This document shows positions 63,188 through 64,000 of a DNA stretch of 64,000 nucleotides, piece after piece (position 1 is the first letter of the stretch; each line of letters opens with the position of its first letter). The notes beneath the pieces were generated by a model. It saw nothing but the letters and a program-made list of their open reading frames with translations, was not told the origin of the DNA and made no database searches. Source of the stretch: a virus. The position numbers were made by a program, and so were the translations under genes. The DNA lies in the IMG/VR virus record IMGVR_UViG_3300015371_000011, positions 1 through 64,000 of that record. One strand, given 5' to 3'.

Positions 63188-63966
63188 TTCGAATACAACC
63201 CATCACCAAAGAGTCCGCTGCTATAAGTATCACCGCCGCTAGCTGTAATCGTTGTTATCGTAGGCACCTCGCGCACCGTAGCCCTGAGTGCTATAGGCCA
63301 TAGCGGTCTGCGCTCCACGATACGCGGCCACGCCGCCACCTGGGCCGCCAACACCACCTGATAGAAAGTCGTGCGTGCCGCTTCGCTGGCAACTAGTGTC
63401 GGGTGCTCGGTTAAAACCAGCTGCGCGTTGTATAGCCCTGGCCCGAATTGCTCCAGCTGTATGCCGTTGGTCGGGAATTTGACGCGATACATGCAGCCGT
63501 ACTTGGCGCGCACGAAATCCCCACTGTAAGGCGCACTGCCGAACGTGACCACACCCGACGCGCCGCGCAGCGTGTAGGCGCCTGCCTGCCACGTCGATGC
63601 CGTCTGTGTGGTTGGTCTGTACGTCTGTACCGAGAATGAGCTTTGCCCGATATTGCGGTTGGGTAAAAAGTAATCGCGCCTCACGCCATCGGCCAGCGCC
63701 ACAAAGTCGTAGTCCGTCATGCTGCCGAACTGCGCGCCGTCCCATAGAAATGTCTTGCCGCCCTGATGATAGGCGTGCTGCGCCGATAGGTTCTCCGCTT
63801 CGCCGCGCGTGAGCGGCCCCATATCCAAGGTGAATTGATAGAGCGGCCGATTGGTCGGATTGAATAAGTGCTGAAAGCCCTGCTGCCCCGCGCCCTCGGT
63901 AGCGCTGATATTCTCGCGCACCACCGTAGGCGCTGGGCTGAAACTGATTGTGCGGGAAACGGACAT
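63184..63966 (-). CDS. DUF2460-like tail protein, paralog 1
   Basis: RPLYQF..HQGGKTFLWDG..ADGVRRDYFLPNRN..FGSAPYSGD. Confidence 0.75.
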   Translation of the reverse strand: MSVSRTISFSPAPTVVRENISATEGAGQQGFQHLFNPTNRPLYQFTLDMGPLTRGEAENLSAQHAYHQGGKTFLWDGAQFGSMTDYDFVALADGVRRDYFLPNRNIGQSSFSVQTYRPTTQTASTWQAGAYTLRGASGVVTFGSAPYSGDFVRAKYGCMYRVKFPTNGIQLEQFGPGLYNAQLVLTEHPTLVASEAARTTFYQVVLAAQVAAWPRIVERRPLWPIALRATVREVPTITTITASGGDTYSSGLFGDGLYSK

Positions 63967-64000
63967 TCATGTTTACCTGTTGCGCTTAAGCACGTTGACC

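Larger units (their letters stand above)
1..64000 (-). mobile_element. Tailed bacteriophage (or prophage) genome segment: Mu-like head module, lambda-like tail tip
   Basis: TerL, DUF935-like portal, MuF, Mu I-like protease, MCP and tail tip genes. Dense co-oriented ORFs with ATGA/TAATG overlaps and no host housekeeping genes. Confidence 0.96.

Noticed and set aside
1-64000. CRISPR array, tRNA genes, integrase/att sites, reverse transcriptase/DGR
   Set aside because: No spaced repeats, cloverleaf, recombinase or RT motifs were found by eye. The Cas4-like nuclease at 51525 sits in a recombination context.
63973-64000. Possible 3' end of a tape-measure gene (..VNVLKRNR*)
   Set aside because: Only nine codons are visible, too little to call.

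Overview
This window is a large part of a tailed dsDNA (Caudoviricetes-type) phage genome. Almost all genes are on the minus strand and tightly coupled through overlapping stop/start codons. In transcription order (64000 to 1) it holds: a tail module (three DUF2460-like distal-tail paralogs, lambda L/K/J-like tip genes); small early genes with recombination functions and an M-R-M restriction-modification cassette; a ~17 kb nucleotide-sugar/glycosyltransferase/B12-radical-SAM locus; TerS, TerL, portal and MuF; a Mu I-like protease/scaffold; capsid genes; a ~1030-aa GT4-MTase-GT2 fusion; and signal-peptide-bearing beta-helix/LamG/FN3 proteins. No integrase, DNA polymerase, tRNA or CRISPR array was seen, and the host cannot be assigned. 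The most striking pattern is that three endonuclease genes are hidden by overprinting. One lies in the +1 frame inside an intein whose own frame stays open. Two antisense HNH genes are each covered by a codon-aligned, translationally coupled open frame with identical junction geometry. Other highlights are a Pro1 class-3-like intein in TerL, a MuF with two ART-like cargo domains, a shared (Y/F)-(S/A) candidate cleavage motif in head proteins, three structured non-coding regions, and three point lesions (an in-frame TAA, a 1-nt frameshift and an ATC start). All product calls come from motif recognition by eye; no database search was run.
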